Of a DNA stretch of 64,000 nt, positions 8,312 through 20,791 are shown one piece after another. The stretch's first letter is position 1, and each line of letters starts with the position of its first letter. Under the pieces are notes generated by a model. It was not told the DNA's origin. It ran no database searches and worked only from the letters and a program-made list of their open reading frames with translations. Where the stretch lies: positions 83,927-147,926 of the forward strand of contig JAUSEW010000002.1 of assembly GCA_030651475.1 (NCBI GenBank). Direction: 5' to 3'. The DNA comes from Candidatus Levyibacteriota bacterium. Its GTDB lineage: Bacteria > Patescibacteriota > Microgenomatia > Levybacterales > UBA12049. The position numbers and the translations under genes were made by a program.

Positions 8312-8971
8312 ATGGAAATTGGAACAAGCGAGGGAAAGCCATCTGGTCTCAATCGTGAAATTTCAGAAGGAGAAGCAAGAGAATTTATCCAATCATTACC
8401 TCCAGAAGGCATAATGTTACACGGTACATTTCGTAGGAACATTAAAGACATAAGAAAGAAGGGTTTACTGCTATCTCCACAGCTTAGAAGTGTATACGGC
8501 CTCTTCTTAAAAATTAACATAAACCCATCCTCCGATGAATATTCTCCAAATGACATAGAGAAAATTATGAAGGATTTAAAAACAGCAGTCTGGAATTGTA
8601 CAGGGTATGGAATGCGAGGTACGGGGCATGATAATAAAGATGATAATATGCCAGCTGTAGTGATAGCTAAACTACCTTCCGGGATCATTCCATTAAGGAT
8701 GAGCCATTCGGGACTTCCCGAAGGTAGATCTGATAAATTAATTCCAGCTGGAGATATATTAGCAATAGAGTCCCTTACTCTTCAAGAGTATCTGCAGATT
8801 CCCAAGGAAGAGAAATTTTGGCCAAAACCAGAATTAATAAATATTATGGTAAAGAAAATTATAAACAGCATAATCAACGAGAATAAAAATAATATAAAAC
8901 CAGCAGGAAATATTTTACAAAGGGTTATTGGGAAGCTTTCGAAACAACTTTCTTCTGCACATCTTCATTGA
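8312..8971 (+). CDS. hypothetical protein
   Basis: 219-aa ORF with no recognisable motif. Confidence 0.3.
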   Translation: MEIGTSEGKPSGLNREISEGEAREFIQSLPPEGIMLHGTFRRNIKDIRKKGLLLSPQLRSVYGLFLKININPSSDEYSPNDIEKIMKDLKTAVWNCTGYGMRGTGHDNKDDNMPAVVIAKLPSGIIPLRMSHSGLPEGRSDKLIPAGDILAIESLTLQEYLQIPKEEKFWPKPELINIMVKKIINSIINENKNNIKPAGNILQRVIGKLSKQLSSAHLH

Positions 8972-9024
8972 CAATTTTATTTCCGCGTCGCATAATATAA
9001 TAATCCACGTCGCAAAATAATTTT

Positions 9025-9957
9025 ATGACAACTTCTCTGCCCGCCTTGATTGACCAATTCTTGGAATACCTTGAGATAGAAAAGAATTGTTCGAAGCTGA
9101 CGATTCGAGATTACAGGCATTATTTAGAAGTTTTTGCAAATTGGCACTCTTCCACCCAAGGCGATAAATCCATAGGAAGCCTGGATTTGGCAACGGTTAG
9201 GAAGTATAGGGTTTACCTTGCCAATCGAGTTGATGCGAAAGGTTTGACTTTGAAAAGAGTTACCCAGAACTATTATGTTATCGCGCTTCGGTCATTCTTG
9301 AGATTTTTAATTAAGAACGATATCAAAACTCTTGAGCCTTCCAAAATTGATTTGCCCAAAACCGAAAGCAGAAGCCTTAAGTTTTTGGAAAAAGAGCAGG
9401 TCGATAGGCTTGTTACTGCCTGCGATACATCCAAAGAAGAAGGCATAAGAGACAGAACGATTCTGGAGCTTTTGTTTTCAACAGGACTTCGTGTTTCAGA
9501 GCTTGTAAAGTTAAATCGAGACCAAATAAATCTGGACAGACGCGAATTCGGGGTAATTGGCAAAGGAGGGCGGGCAAGAATAGTATTCGTGTCGGATCGG
9601 GCGGCGCAATGGATAACAAATTATCTGAAGAAACGGGAAGATGTGTTTAAGCCCTTATTTATCCGCTATTCGGGAAAAGTAATTGAAGACAATGGCGGAG
9701 AAAAAATGAGATTAACAGCCAGAAGTATCGAGCGGATTGTCAAAAAGTATGTTCGGGCAGTCCGGCTGCCGGTAGATGCGACTGTTCACACGCTTCGCCA
9801 CTCTTTTGCGACCGATCTCCTGACGAATGGCGCCGATATAAGATCGGTTCAGGAAATGCTCGGACATAAAAATATCGCCACAACCCAAATCTACACCCAC
9901 ATTACGAATAAACAGCTTCGCGAGGTCCACCAAGCCTTCCACAGTGGGAATAAGTAA
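9025..9957 (+). CDS. tyrosine site-specific recombinase, XerC/XerD family
   Basis: The C-terminal catalytic box HTLRHSFATDLLTNGADIRSVQEMLGHKNIATTQIYTHI is present, with the R...HxxR...Y residues. Confidence 0.85.
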   Translation: MTTSLPALIDQFLEYLEIEKNCSKLTIRDYRHYLEVFANWHSSTQGDKSIGSLDLATVRKYRVYLANRVDAKGLTLKRVTQNYYVIALRSFLRFLIKNDIKTLEPSKIDLPKTESRSLKFLEKEQVDRLVTACDTSKEEGIRDRTILELLFSTGLRVSELVKLNRDQINLDRREFGVIGKGGRARIVFVSDRAAQWITNYLKKREDVFKPLFIRYSGKVIEDNGGEKMRLTARSIERIVKKYVRAVRLPVDATVHTLRHSFATDLLTNGADIRSVQEMLGHKNIATTQIYTHITNKQLREVHQAFHSGNK

Positions 9958-10006
9958 AGCGCTATTGGTGATTAATGTTGGTTTTGTGATATAATCCTAC
10001 TTAAAT

Positions 10007-10201
10007 ATGACAGAGGCTGATTTTGCATCTACTACGGTAAAGCCGGAAAAAGCTGTTACACCAGAATTCGATAAATTGGTTAGAAGACTAACGCCACAGG
10101 CCGACAAAAATGTGGAGCGAGTAGATCAAATTGCTGTTGGACTAACAGTTGCTGCGAATCATTTGGCTGCTAAAGCGCAAAGAGTAGAACCTAAAAAATA
10201 G
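10007..10201 (+). CDS. small hypothetical protein
   Basis: 64-aa ORF between xerC/D and pyrB. No motif. Confidence 0.2.
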   Translation: MTEADFASTTVKPEKAVTPEFDKLVRRLTPQADKNVERVDQIAVGLTVAANHLAAKAQRVEPKK

Positions 10202-10209
10202 TCAATTCC

Positions 10210-11205
10210 TCACCCATTTGTTTTGCCCAAAACTAATGATATGATCGCCATTCGAACATACATTCCGTTTCTAATCTGATTCCTTAAGTATACTGCTCGA
10301 GGATCATCGTCAACCTCTTCTAATATTTCTCCAACTCGAGGAAGCGGATGCATCAAAATCATATCCTTATTTCCGTAATTCCCTAGGAGTTGCTTGTTTA
10401 CTACAAAACTATGTTTGAGTTTTTCGTACTCACTGGGATCTGCAAATCTTTCCTTTTGCGTTCTTGTCCAGTATCAAAAATTACAATCTCTTGGAATTTC
10501 TTCCACGTCTTCAATCTCAATTATTTTTAATCCTTTGCTTTTAAGTTTTTCCAGCAAATCTGTTTGCAGCTTAAGCTCTCTTGGAGAAAGAAGATAAACT
10601 GTACTGTTGGGATATAAAGACAAACCTTTAAGTAGTGAATGTACCGTTCTTCCATTTTTTATATCTCCGGCAAAGAGTCCTTTTAATCCCGAAAGTGTTC
10701 CTATCTTTTCATGGATTGTATAAAGATCTAGAAGCGCCTGGGTTGGATGTTCGTCTATTCCGTCTCCAGCATTTATAACTGGAACAAATTTTGCAATATC
10801 TGCCGCTTTTTGTGCGCTTCCTACTTCTGGGTGTCTTAGGATAATTGCATCTGAATATGCTTCGAAAACCCTAATTGTGTCTTTAAGTGTTTCCCCTTTT
10901 GAGACAGAGGAAAATTGTTGAGGATTCTCAACTACAATTGTTGATCCTCCTAATCGTTTGGTTGCCGCATCAAATGATCCCCTTGTTCTCGTTGACGGTT
11001 CATAGAAAAGAAGCGTAATGATATTTTCTCTAAGTAGGTCATTTGGCTTAGCATTTTTGACAACTTCTGCCATTGCCGTGGTTAGATGGAATAAATAAGA
11101 TATGGATGCAGGATTAAATTGGTCAATTGACAGGATATCTTTTCCCTTGAAGTCCCCGTTTATTTTTTCTGGACGGAAATCTGGTAAAACTAATCTCTCT
11201 GGCAT
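10210..11205 (-). CDS. pyrB: aspartate carbamoyltransferase catalytic subunit, interrupted by an in-frame TGA at 10474-10476 (pseudogene or readthrough/recoding candidate)
   Basis: The upstream part has the STRTR and HPTQAL motifs. Continuing the same frame past the TGA gives YWTRTQKERFADPSEYEKLKHSFVV...MILMHPLPRVGEILEEVD...RMAIISLVLG, which aligns to the conserved ATCase C-terminus (E. coli ...ILYMTRVQKERLDPSEY...VLHPLPRVDEI...). Total length 331 aa is normal for PyrB. Confidence 0.8.
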
Positions 11206-11232
11206 TTCTAAAGAAGTTTATATTGATTGTTT

Positions 11233-12162
11233 TTATTTGTCAATACTGTTTTTAGTAGCTCCTATGAGGTTTTTCAAAAGCATGGCGACGTTAATCGGGC
11301 CGATTCCCCCAGGGCTTGGAGTGTAAAAAGAGGCAATGTTTTCTATGTCTTTTTCCTCGTAGTCTCCGTGAAGTTTTCCATCGTTACCTTTATGTAGGCC
11401 AACACTTACAAGAATTACTCCTTTCTTAATCATCTTCGAATTTATGATATTTTCTTGCCCGACAGCGGAAATAATAATGTCGGCATTTTTGGTTAATAGC
11501 TCATGGTCTATAGTCTTGCTATCCACAATTAGGGGTTTAACCTCTAATTGTTGCAAAGCGTTAATTATTGGTTTTCCTCCTGTTTCTCCTTTGCCAATAA
11601 CGACTATTTTTTTGGATTTTAGCCAATCTTCAAAAGCTCGGCGGGGTCCTGCCGAAACTTTCCCTCCCGCCAGTGCTCCTGCGACTTCGTCTTCGATGCG
11701 CGCTGTCGGGAACCCTTCCAGTTTCGTCACCCCTCGCATATATATCTCCTGTAAAATTTTCATAGCTGCCAAGCTAATTGGTGATTGGAATTCGGATTTG
11801 GGATTAAATCCGTCGATATCTTTTTTAGGATTTACAGCCAAAGTTATTGCTTTTATATCAATATGGGAAGGAAGCGGTTGTTGGACAATAATTCCGTGAA
11901 TTTCGGGGTTTTTATTTAATATGCCAATCTTTTCCAATAACTCCGCGTTCTTAATTCCGGAATCTAAATTATATAAAGTTGTTTTAATTCCGACTGTTTC
12001 CCCTTTTAGTATTTTCTGTTTAACGTATGCTTTTGAAGCAGGATCTGTTCCAACAAGAATAATTGCCAAATGGGGGAAGATATTTCTTTTTTTAAGATTT
12101 TCTACTTTTTTCTGAAGTTCTTTTAGGATTTCTCCGGCGATTTCTCTTCCGTCAATCTTCAT
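11233..12162 (-). CDS. folD: bifunctional methylenetetrahydrofolate dehydrogenase/cyclohydrolase FolD carrying a ~35-aa in-frame insertion
   Basis: Conserved FolD blocks are present (KQKILKGETVGI, DIDGF, VVIGKGETGGKPI, PSPGGIGPINVAMLL). An extra segment YMRGVTKLEGFPTARIEDEVAGALAGGKVSAGPRRAFEDW is encoded by repeat copy B. Confidence 0.85.
   Translation of the reverse strand: MKIDGREIAGEILKELQKKVENLKKRNIFPHLAIILVGTDPASKAYVKQKILKGETVGIKTTLYNLDSGIKNAELLEKIGILNKNPEIHGIIVQQPLPSHIDIKAITLAVNPKKDIDGFNPKSEFQSPISLAAMKILQEIYMRGVTKLEGFPTARIEDEVAGALAGGKVSAGPRRAFEDWLKSKKIVVIGKGETGGKPIINALQQLEVKPLIVDSKTIDHELLTKNADIIISAVGQENIINSKMIKKGVILVSVGLHKGNDGKLHGDYEEKDIENIASFYTPSPGGIGPINVAMLLKNLIGATKNSIDK
11640..11735. 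repeat. structured ~95-nt palindromic repeat, copy B, inserted in-frame within folD
   Basis: Aligned to copy A (7167-7260). The GGGG...CCCC and CGAAAC/GTTTCG closing stems co-vary relative to copy A. Confidence 0.8.
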
Positions 12163-12163
12163 T

Positions 12164-12799
12164 TTATAGAATTTTATTTTCGATCAAATAATTTTTGACA
12201 ATTTCAAAAAACTGCTTATGTCCTTCGGAAGTCATATGTACTCCGTCTGCCAATAGTTTCGTATAATCTTTTTTGATAAATTCTTGATAAATCTCTATAA
12301 AATGAACTTTATTTTTATTGCTTACCTTTTTCATAATCTTGTTAAACTCGGCAACATATTTATCTTTATAAGATCTTCCAGGTGACCAAGGTATTGGATC
12401 AACTCGTGTGTCAACAGGCATGGAACCGATAACTATAATTTTTTTTGAATATTTTTTGGCAAGCAGTATTAATTGAGTAAGATTTGCTTCAAATTGCCTG
12501 GGGCTACGTTCTGGATTGCTGATTTTTTGATTAAAAATAGTGTCGTTTATTCCCGTCTGAAACAAAAATATTGTTTCTTCGTTGTTGTCAATTCTAGCCT
12601 TTGTTTCTTGTTCGAATCTTTTCAGTACCTCATCGGTTTTGTCGCCTGAAACACCAAGATTATAAACAAGGTGAGAATGGGCATAGTTAGAGGTGATTAT
12701 TTTTTCATCCAAAAATTTTCTAAGCCGCTGAACCCAACCGTCTTCAATATCCCAAGCGCCATAAGTTGTACTCGTCCCAAAGACTAAAATATGCGCCAT
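12164..12799 (-). CDS. SGNH/GDSL-family hydrolase (lipase/esterase-like)
   Basis: GDS-like block ILVFGTSTTYG near the N-terminus and the catalytic DGVH (DxxH) motif near the C-terminus. Confidence 0.7.
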   Translation of the reverse strand: MAHILVFGTSTTYGAWDIEDGWVQRLRKFLDEKIITSNYAHSHLVYNLGVSGDKTDEVLKRFEQETKARIDNNEETIFLFQTGINDTIFNQKISNPERSPRQFEANLTQLILLAKKYSKKIIVIGSMPVDTRVDPIPWSPGRSYKDKYVAEFNKIMKKVSNKNKVHFIEIYQEFIKKDYTKLLADGVHMTSEGHKQFFEIVKNYLIENKIL

Positions 12800-12804
12800 A
12801 ATAT

Positions 12805-15261
12805 TTAGATTTCAATACAGGTTGCAGATGCGACTCGATCGGCTGAATTTGAAAACCTCATCAGGATTACGCCTTGAGTATTCCTGGATAATCTTGGCAT
12901 TGACGTAATTCCCAATTTCACAACCTGTCCTTTATGCGATGTAATTATAACTTCTTCGCAATTTGAAGGAATGACTTGCGCAAATGCAACTTTGCCGGTT
13001 TTGGCTGTTACCTTCGCTACTTTTACTCCTTGTCCTCCCCTGCCTTGTCCTCTGAATAGCGATGTGGCTGTTTTCTTACCAAGGCCATTTTCCATAATTG
13101 TCAGAAGATCGCGTTTTTCAGTTGCGGCAATAATATCCATACCGATAACCTTATCGGCTTCCCCAATTCTTATTCCTCTGACTCCCATTGTGTTTCTTCC
13201 CATTGATCTGACGGATTTTTCCGAGAATCTGATAGCTTTTCCGTTTAAGGTTGCCAAAAGCACATCGTCACTGCCGCTGGTAAGCTTACTCCAGGCAAGT
13301 TCATCGCCTTTCTCTAAATTTATCGCAATAATTCCGCTTTTTCTGATATTGTCAAATTCGGATAATTTGGTTTTTTTGACAGTGCCTTTTCTGGTGGTTA
13401 AAAATACATATTTTTCTTCCTGGCCTTTTCCGTAATTAATAAGCGATTCTACTATTTCTCCCTGCTCGATACTTAAAAGATTGACTATTGCAGTTCCCTT
13501 GCTAATTCTGCTTCCTTCTTGGATTTCAAAAACTCTTAGTTTGTAGCATTTTCCTTTGTTGGTAAAGAAAAGTAAATTGTCATGGGTTTGAGCAGATTGG
13601 ATAAGATATATCTCATCGCCTTCTTTGGTAGTCATTCCTTTTATGCCTTTTCCTCCCCGATGCTGGATCTTAAAACTGGTAAGGCTTTGGCGCTTGACGT
13701 ATCCGGTGTTGGTAAGAGTTATGACGGTTGGTTCATTAGGGATAAGGTCCTCGTCGGAAAACTCACCAACTTTACTTTTAAATACTTTTGTTCTGCGTTC
13801 ATCGTGATATTTTTCCTTGATGTTCAGAACTTCATCTTTTATAACAGTTAGGATTTTTATGGGGTGCATAAGCAGATCTTCAAGGTAAGCGATAGTTTCC
13901 TTAACCATTGCGTATTCGTCTTCAATTTTCTGTCTTTCCAAAGCCGCAAGACGGCGAAGCTGCAAATCCAAAATCGCAACTGCCTGGATTTCGGAAAGCT
14001 TGAATTTGCTAATCAAATTATTTTTGGCGTCTTCTTGGGTCTTGGAAGATTTTATAGTTTTTATTACGGCGTCAATATTATCAACTGCAATTCTAAGGCC
14101 CTCTAGGATATGAAGCCTTGCTTTGGCAGCTCTTAGCTCGAACTCGGAGCGTTTGGTGATGATTGAGTATCTATGTTTTAAATATTCCTCAAGAATAATT
14201 TTAAGGTTTAGGATTTGAGGTGTTCCGTCAATAAGACCGACTAAATTTGCAGGGAAAATTGTCTGAAGAGCAGTATGTTTGAATAAATTGTTCAATACTT
14301 TTCTTGGCGTCGTATCTCTTTTTAATTCAACCACCACTCTTATTCCGTGTCTGTCCGACTCATCCCGTAAGTCTGAAATTCCTTCTATTTTTTTGTCTTT
14401 CGCCAGTTCAGCAATGCGGGCAACCAAAAGAGCCTTATTTACTTGATATGGAAGTTCCGTAATAATGATTGCAGATTTGCCGTTTCCGATATCTTCTATA
14501 TCTGCTTTTCCCCGAATTATTATTCTTCCCCGTCCCTGGGTGTAGACGTTTTTTATTTCAGCTATATCGTATATCGCTCCATATGTTGGGAAATCAGGGC
14601 CTTTGATAAATTCCAAAAGTTCATCTACTGTGGTGCTGGAGCTTAATTTTCCATCCGTTACTTTGGTTTTGCCAATCGTAAATACAATTGCGTCAATGAC
14701 TTCGGACAAATTATGAGGAGGAATTTTTGTTGCCATACCAACGGCAATTCCTTCGGATCCCATCAGCAAAAGATTTGGAAGTTTCGCGGGAAGAAATACC
14801 GGTTCTTTTAAAGTTGAGTCGAAATTCTCTATAAGACTTACCGTTTCTTTGTCAATATCAAAAAGCATCTCAGATGTTATAAGGGCAAGCCTTGCTTCGG
14901 TATACCTCATTGCAGCCGGAGGATCTCCGTCCATTGACCCGAAATTTCCCTGCCCGTCAATTAAGGGATAGCGCATAGAAAAACCTTGAGCAAGTCTGAC
15001 TAAAGCATCGTAAATCGGAAGATCTCCGTGGGGATGATATTTACCCATTACTTCTCCGACGATTTTGGCGCTTTTTGAATATCTTGCGCTATGCGTTAAG
15101 CCCATTTCATGCATAGCAAAGAGTATGCGTCTATGAACGGGTTTTAATCCGTCTCGAACATCGGGGAGCGCTCGGGATACTATAACAGACATGGCATAAT
15201 CCAAATACGCCCGTTTCATTTCAACTGTTATTTCTGTCTGTTTAAGTTGTCCAATATTCAT
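12805..15261 (-). CDS. gyrA: DNA gyrase subunit A
   Basis: 818 aa with [10 protein letters not shown] around the active-site Tyr, the QRD region and C-terminal beta-pinwheel repeats. Confidence 0.95.
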   Translation of the reverse strand: MNIGQLKQTEITVEMKRAYLDYAMSVIVSRALPDVRDGLKPVHRRILFAMHEMGLTHSARYSKSAKIVGEVMGKYHPHGDLPIYDALVRLAQGFSMRYPLIDGQGNFGSMDGDPPAAMRYTEARLALITSEMLFDIDKETVSLIENFDSTLKEPVFLPAKLPNLLLMGSEGIAVGMATKIPPHNLSEVIDAIVFTIGKTKVTDGKLSSSTTVDELLEFIKGPDFPTYGAIYDIAEIKNVYTQGRGRIIIRGKADIEDIGNGKSAIIITELPYQVNKALLVARIAELAKDKKIEGISDLRDESDRHGIRVVVELKRDTTPRKVLNNLFKHTALQTIFPANLVGLIDGTPQILNLKIILEEYLKHRYSIITKRSEFELRAAKARLHILEGLRIAVDNIDAVIKTIKSSKTQEDAKNNLISKFKLSEIQAVAILDLQLRRLAALERQKIEDEYAMVKETIAYLEDLLMHPIKILTVIKDEVLNIKEKYHDERRTKVFKSKVGEFSDEDLIPNEPTVITLTNTGYVKRQSLTSFKIQHRGGKGIKGMTTKEGDEIYLIQSAQTHDNLLFFTNKGKCYKLRVFEIQEGSRISKGTAIVNLLSIEQGEIVESLINYGKGQEEKYVFLTTRKGTVKKTKLSEFDNIRKSGIIAINLEKGDELAWSKLTSGSDDVLLATLNGKAIRFSEKSVRSMGRNTMGVRGIRIGEADKVIGMDIIAATEKRDLLTIMENGLGKKTATSLFRGQGRGGQGVKVAKVTAKTGKVAFAQVIPSNCEEVIITSHKGQVVKLGITSMPRLSRNTQGVILMRFSNSADRVASATCIEI

Positions 15262-15278
15262 TTAAAATTGCAGGATGT

Positions 15279-17312
15279 CTATATCAGAAAGGGAGCAATC
15301 AAAAGCGCTACGATATTTAATACCTTAATCATAGGATTGATTGCGGGACCGGCAGTATCTTTATATGGATCTCCGACAGTATCTCCTGTAACTGCTGCCT
15401 GGTGAGCGAAACTTCCTTTTCCTCCCAAATTTCCCTCTTCAATATATTTTTTGGTATTATCCCAGGCAGCGCCCCCGGTGGTCATAGAAATTGCCACGAA
15501 CAGTCCCGTAACAATGCTGCCAACCAAAAGTCCTCCGAGCGCTTTTGGACCAAGCAGAAATCCTACCAGAATCGGAGCAAGAACCGGAATTAGCGCGGGA
15601 ACAATCATCTGCTTTATAGCAGCTGTTGTTACTATGTCAACAGCTTTTCCGTATTGCGGTTTGGCTTTTCCTGTCATTATGCCTTTTATTTCCTTGAACT
15701 GTCGTCTTACTTCATTTACCACTGAAACAGCGGTTTTACCAACTGCCTCCATTGCCAAAGCGCCGAAGAGATATGGAAGTGCGCCTCCGATGAAAAGACC
15801 AACTACGACACTTGGATCGGAAAGAGAAAAGAAAGCTGCAGAAACGCCCTTAGCACCTCTGGCTAATTCTTGAGTATAGCTTGCGAAAAGAACCAAAGCC
15901 GCAAGTCCGGCAGATCCTATGGCATAAGCTTTGGTAATGGCTTTCGTAGTATTTCCGACCGCATCTAAAGGATCCGTAACTCGTCTTACTTTTTCATCAA
16001 GTCCTGCCATTTCCGCAATTCCTCCGGCATTATCTGTTATCGGACCGAATGCATCTATCGCTACGATAATTCCCGTTAAGGAAAGCATGCTCATTGCAGA
16101 AAGAGCTATTCCGTAAAGTCCGGCGAGATTATAGGAGACTAAAATTCCGGCAGCAATTAAAAGAATCGGAGCAAAAGTAGATTTCATAGAAACTGCCAGA
16201 CCGGCAATAACATTGGTGCCGTGTCCGGTAGTTGAGGCGTTCGCAATAGCTTTAACAGGCCCAAACTTTTTGGAGGTAAAATATTCGGTAATGATAACCA
16301 TGCCAACAGTAATTGCTATGCCAATTGCCAAAGTATAAAAAAGGTTAATTGTCGAAATCCCGTTTAATCCGTTGGGAAATGCGGAATTTGTCAGAAAATA
16401 AAAACCGACAAGCGCTACGATTATAGAAACACCAAGTCCTTGATATAAAGCACCCATTATGTTTTTTCCAACCCTCACAAACCAGCTGCCGATAATACTT
16501 GCGGCAACGGATATGGAGCCGATAAGCAAAGGATAAAATAGAACTGTCAGGTTTTCTCCGAAGGTTAATTTGCCTAAAATCATTGCGGCAACAACGGTTA
16601 CAACGTATGTTTCAAAAAGATCAGCTGCCATTCCCGCATCATCTCCGACATTATCCCCTACCAAATCCGCGATTACCCCCGGATTTCTCGGATCATCTTC
16701 AGGAATTCCCTTTTCAATTTTCCCAACCATATCTGTTCCGACATCAGCGCCTTTGGTAAATATTCCTCCGCCAAGCCTGGCGAAAACAGAAATTAAGCTC
16801 CCTCCGAAGCCTAAAGCAACTAACGGCTGAAGGCTTGATGTTCCGCTTCTGGAAAGCAAGAAATAAAAACCTCCGACTGCCAAAAGAGCCAGACCGCCAA
16901 CCATCAGTCCGGTTATTGATCCTCCCTGAAAAGCCAAAGAAAAAGCAGAAGATAAGCCTTTTTTAGCGGCTTGAGCTGTTCTGATATTGCTTCTTACGGC
17001 AATATTCATTCCCACAACTCCGGCTATGGTGGAAAAAACAGCTCCGATAGCAAAACCAACTGCGGTTATAGGATTGAAAACAAAATAAAGAACGGCAAAA
17101 ATAAAAATTCCGATAACTGCAACAACACTATATTGCTTTTTCATATAGGCAGCTGCTCCTTCTTGGATAGCATCGGCAATGTCATTCATTTTTTTGTCAC
17201 CTCGAGGTTTAGATAAAACATTAAAAGCAAGAAGAACGCTGTAGGCAACCGAGATAAAACCTGCTACAAAAGTAGTCCAAAGGGCGTGGTTTACCAAAAG
17301 AGATAAATTCAT
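15279..17312 (-). CDS. hppA: membrane-bound proton/sodium-translocating pyrophosphatase
   Basis: [17 protein letters not shown] and DNVGDNVGD motifs, 677 aa, many TM helices. Confidence 0.9.
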   Translation of the reverse strand: MNLSLLVNHALWTTFVAGFISVAYSVLLAFNVLSKPRGDKKMNDIADAIQEGAAAYMKKQYSVVAVIGIFIFAVLYFVFNPITAVGFAIGAVFSTIAGVVGMNIAVRSNIRTAQAAKKGLSSAFSLAFQGGSITGLMVGGLALLAVGGFYFLLSRSGTSSLQPLVALGFGGSLISVFARLGGGIFTKGADVGTDMVGKIEKGIPEDDPRNPGVIADLVGDNVGDDAGMAADLFETYVVTVVAAMILGKLTFGENLTVLFYPLLIGSISVAASIIGSWFVRVGKNIMGALYQGLGVSIIVALVGFYFLTNSAFPNGLNGISTINLFYTLAIGIAITVGMVIITEYFTSKKFGPVKAIANASTTGHGTNVIAGLAVSMKSTFAPILLIAAGILVSYNLAGLYGIALSAMSMLSLTGIIVAIDAFGPITDNAGGIAEMAGLDEKVRRVTDPLDAVGNTTKAITKAYAIGSAGLAALVLFASYTQELARGAKGVSAAFFSLSDPSVVVGLFIGGALPYLFGALAMEAVGKTAVSVVNEVRRQFKEIKGIMTGKAKPQYGKAVDIVTTAAIKQMIVPALIPVLAPILVGFLLGPKALGGLLVGSIVTGLFVAISMTTGGAAWDNTKKYIEEGNLGGKGSFAHQAAVTGDTVGDPYKDTAGPAINPMIKVLNIVALLIAPFLI

Positions 17313-17357
17313 ATTAACCTTACTATTATAGAATAATCAACCCTCCTTTTCAAGATA

Positions 17358-19496
<2,139 letters not shown>

Positions 19497-19508
19497 CTAC
19501 CAAAATTT

Positions 19509-20063
19509 CTAGTGTGAGCGTGAGACCTGGTTTGATCTTTTTATAAGTTTTGCGTTGAAAAAGTCAAAGCCTGGATGTCTCCTTCGGATTCTTACTAGAT
19601 GATTTCGATACAATACTAGAAACGTTAGGCTCTCCACATGCATTTGTCGTATAATTTCACAATGTGCTTCCTGCATAATCCTTTTTTGTTTTTCTTTAGG
19701 GTCCTTACCGTTGTTGCGCTGCGTGGTAATTTCTAAAATAATGAGTCTTTTGCTATCCGGCTTTTCCAACATAAAATCTGGTTTAGTTCCCTTTTTGGTG
19801 CCGTCCGGATTTATAATCCAAGCGATCAGCGGTTCATAGGTAATTTTCCAGCCGGGAAGCATCTCTTTTAGTAGTAGAAACATTTGTTGTTCCGAAGGGC
19901 TTTTAATTCTTACAACATCTGTTGTTCCGCCATCTGATCTTTTCATCACATCTACTTTTTTGCCATTTGGGTTAGGAAGATGCCCGTTAGGAGACATTTC
20001 TATTTTAGGCATAAAATTATTGGGGCAGAAAGATATAAAATACAATATTTTCTCCTTTCGCAC
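19509..20063 (-). CDS. hypothetical protein
   Basis: 184-aa ORF. A possible PD-(D/E)xK-like stretch (PDFMLEKPDSKRLIILEITT) is speculative. Confidence 0.3.
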   Translation of the reverse strand: MRKEKILYFISFCPNNFMPKIEMSPNGHLPNPNGKKVDVMKRSDGGTTDVVRIKSPSEQQMFLLLKEMLPGWKITYEPLIAWIINPDGTKKGTKPDFMLEKPDSKRLIILEITTQRNNGKDPKEKQKRIMQEAHCEIIRQMHVESLTFLVLYRNHLVRIRRRHPGFDFFNAKLIKRSNQVSRSH

Positions 20064-20075
20064 AAGGGGTGTTTC

Positions 20076-20118
20076 TGACCCCTGATTCTGACCCCAGGGG
20101 TCAACCCGCGGGGTTGAC
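20076..20118. repeat. cluster of GC-rich palindromes (gaccccaggggtc; gtcaacccgcggggttgac) upstream of RAYT copy 2
   Basis: Read from the sequence. The inverted partner aacccctggggtc lies at 20756-20768 and a third copy at 20543-20555 inside the gene. Confidence 0.7.
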
Positions 20119-20150
20119 GCATGTAAATTCCTCCACTATTATATTAGAGT

Positions 20151-20750
20151 ATGGCAACTCCAGTAAGATATTTCCAAAAGGGTTCCTATTACCATGTATA
20201 TAATAGAGGCAATAGGAAGCAGAATATTTTTCTTTTTCCTCCTGACTATGAGCGTTTCCTAAAAAGGGTAAGGGAATACAAGGAAAAATTTAGGATAACC
20301 ATCTTAGGTTATTGCCTTATGCCAAACCATTTTCATTTCCTATTGAGACAAGATTCTGACGTGCCGTTAACATCTTTTATGTTAAGGTTAGGGACAAGCT
20401 ATGCGAAATATTTTAATATAAAATATAGACAAGTCGGTAGTCTTTTTCAGGATCGTTTTAAGACAAAGCTCGTTGAGAATGACGAATACTTATTGCAGCT
20501 ATCTCGATATATCCATCGTAACCCCAAGGAAATTTTGCCCTCGACCCCTGGGGTTGAACTCGCCAGTTATCAATGGTCAAGCTATCCTTCGTATTTAAAG
20601 TTAGCAAATGATGAATTGACGGAATCAGCATTTATTCTTAATTATTTTTCCAAAGCAAATCCAGCTAAAGACTATAAAAAGTTTGTGGAATATGATTCTA
20701 ACGAAAAAGAGCAGTCATTGACAAGCGATTTAATCTTAGAAGATTCCTAG
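20151..20750 (+). CDS. REP-associated tyrosine transposase / IS200-like Y1 (HuH) transposase, copy 2
   Basis: YYHVYNRG, CLMPNHFHFLL (HuH) and YIHRNP Tyr motif. About 45% identical to copy 1. Confidence 0.7.
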   Translation: MATPVRYFQKGSYYHVYNRGNRKQNIFLFPPDYERFLKRVREYKEKFRITILGYCLMPNHFHFLLRQDSDVPLTSFMLRLGTSYAKYFNIKYRQVGSLFQDRFKTKLVENDEYLLQLSRYIHRNPKEILPSTPGVELASYQWSSYPSYLKLANDELTESAFILNYFSKANPAKDYKKFVEYDSNEKEQSLTSDLILEDS

Positions 20751-20755
20751 CTTTC

Positions 20756-20768
20756 AACCCCTGGGGTC
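20756..20768. repeat. inverted copy of the accccaggggt palindrome downstream of RAYT copy 2
   Basis: Reverse complement of 20090-20102. Confidence 0.6.
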
Positions 20769-20791
20769 GGAATGTTACTGAAAAGCAATTC

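Noticed and set aside
10474-10476. In-frame TGA in pyrB as evidence of an alternative genetic code (UGA=Gly code 25 or UGA=Trp code 4)
   Set aside because: All other long genes (gyrA, gyrB, hppA, recG, PBP1A, pilB and others) have no internal TGA. TGA also terminates rluA and the pyrB C-terminus itself. A single event fits a mutation, error or local readthrough better than a reassigned code.
12971-14646. Numerous 60-160-aa ORFs antisense to gyrA, and likewise antisense to hppA, gyrB, recG, purH, tyrS, pheT, pheS, the PBP gene, the helicase, the methyltransferase and others
   Set aside because: They are fully embedded opposite long, well-conserved genes and have low-complexity, hydrophobic or Ser-rich translations. 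They are frame artefacts.
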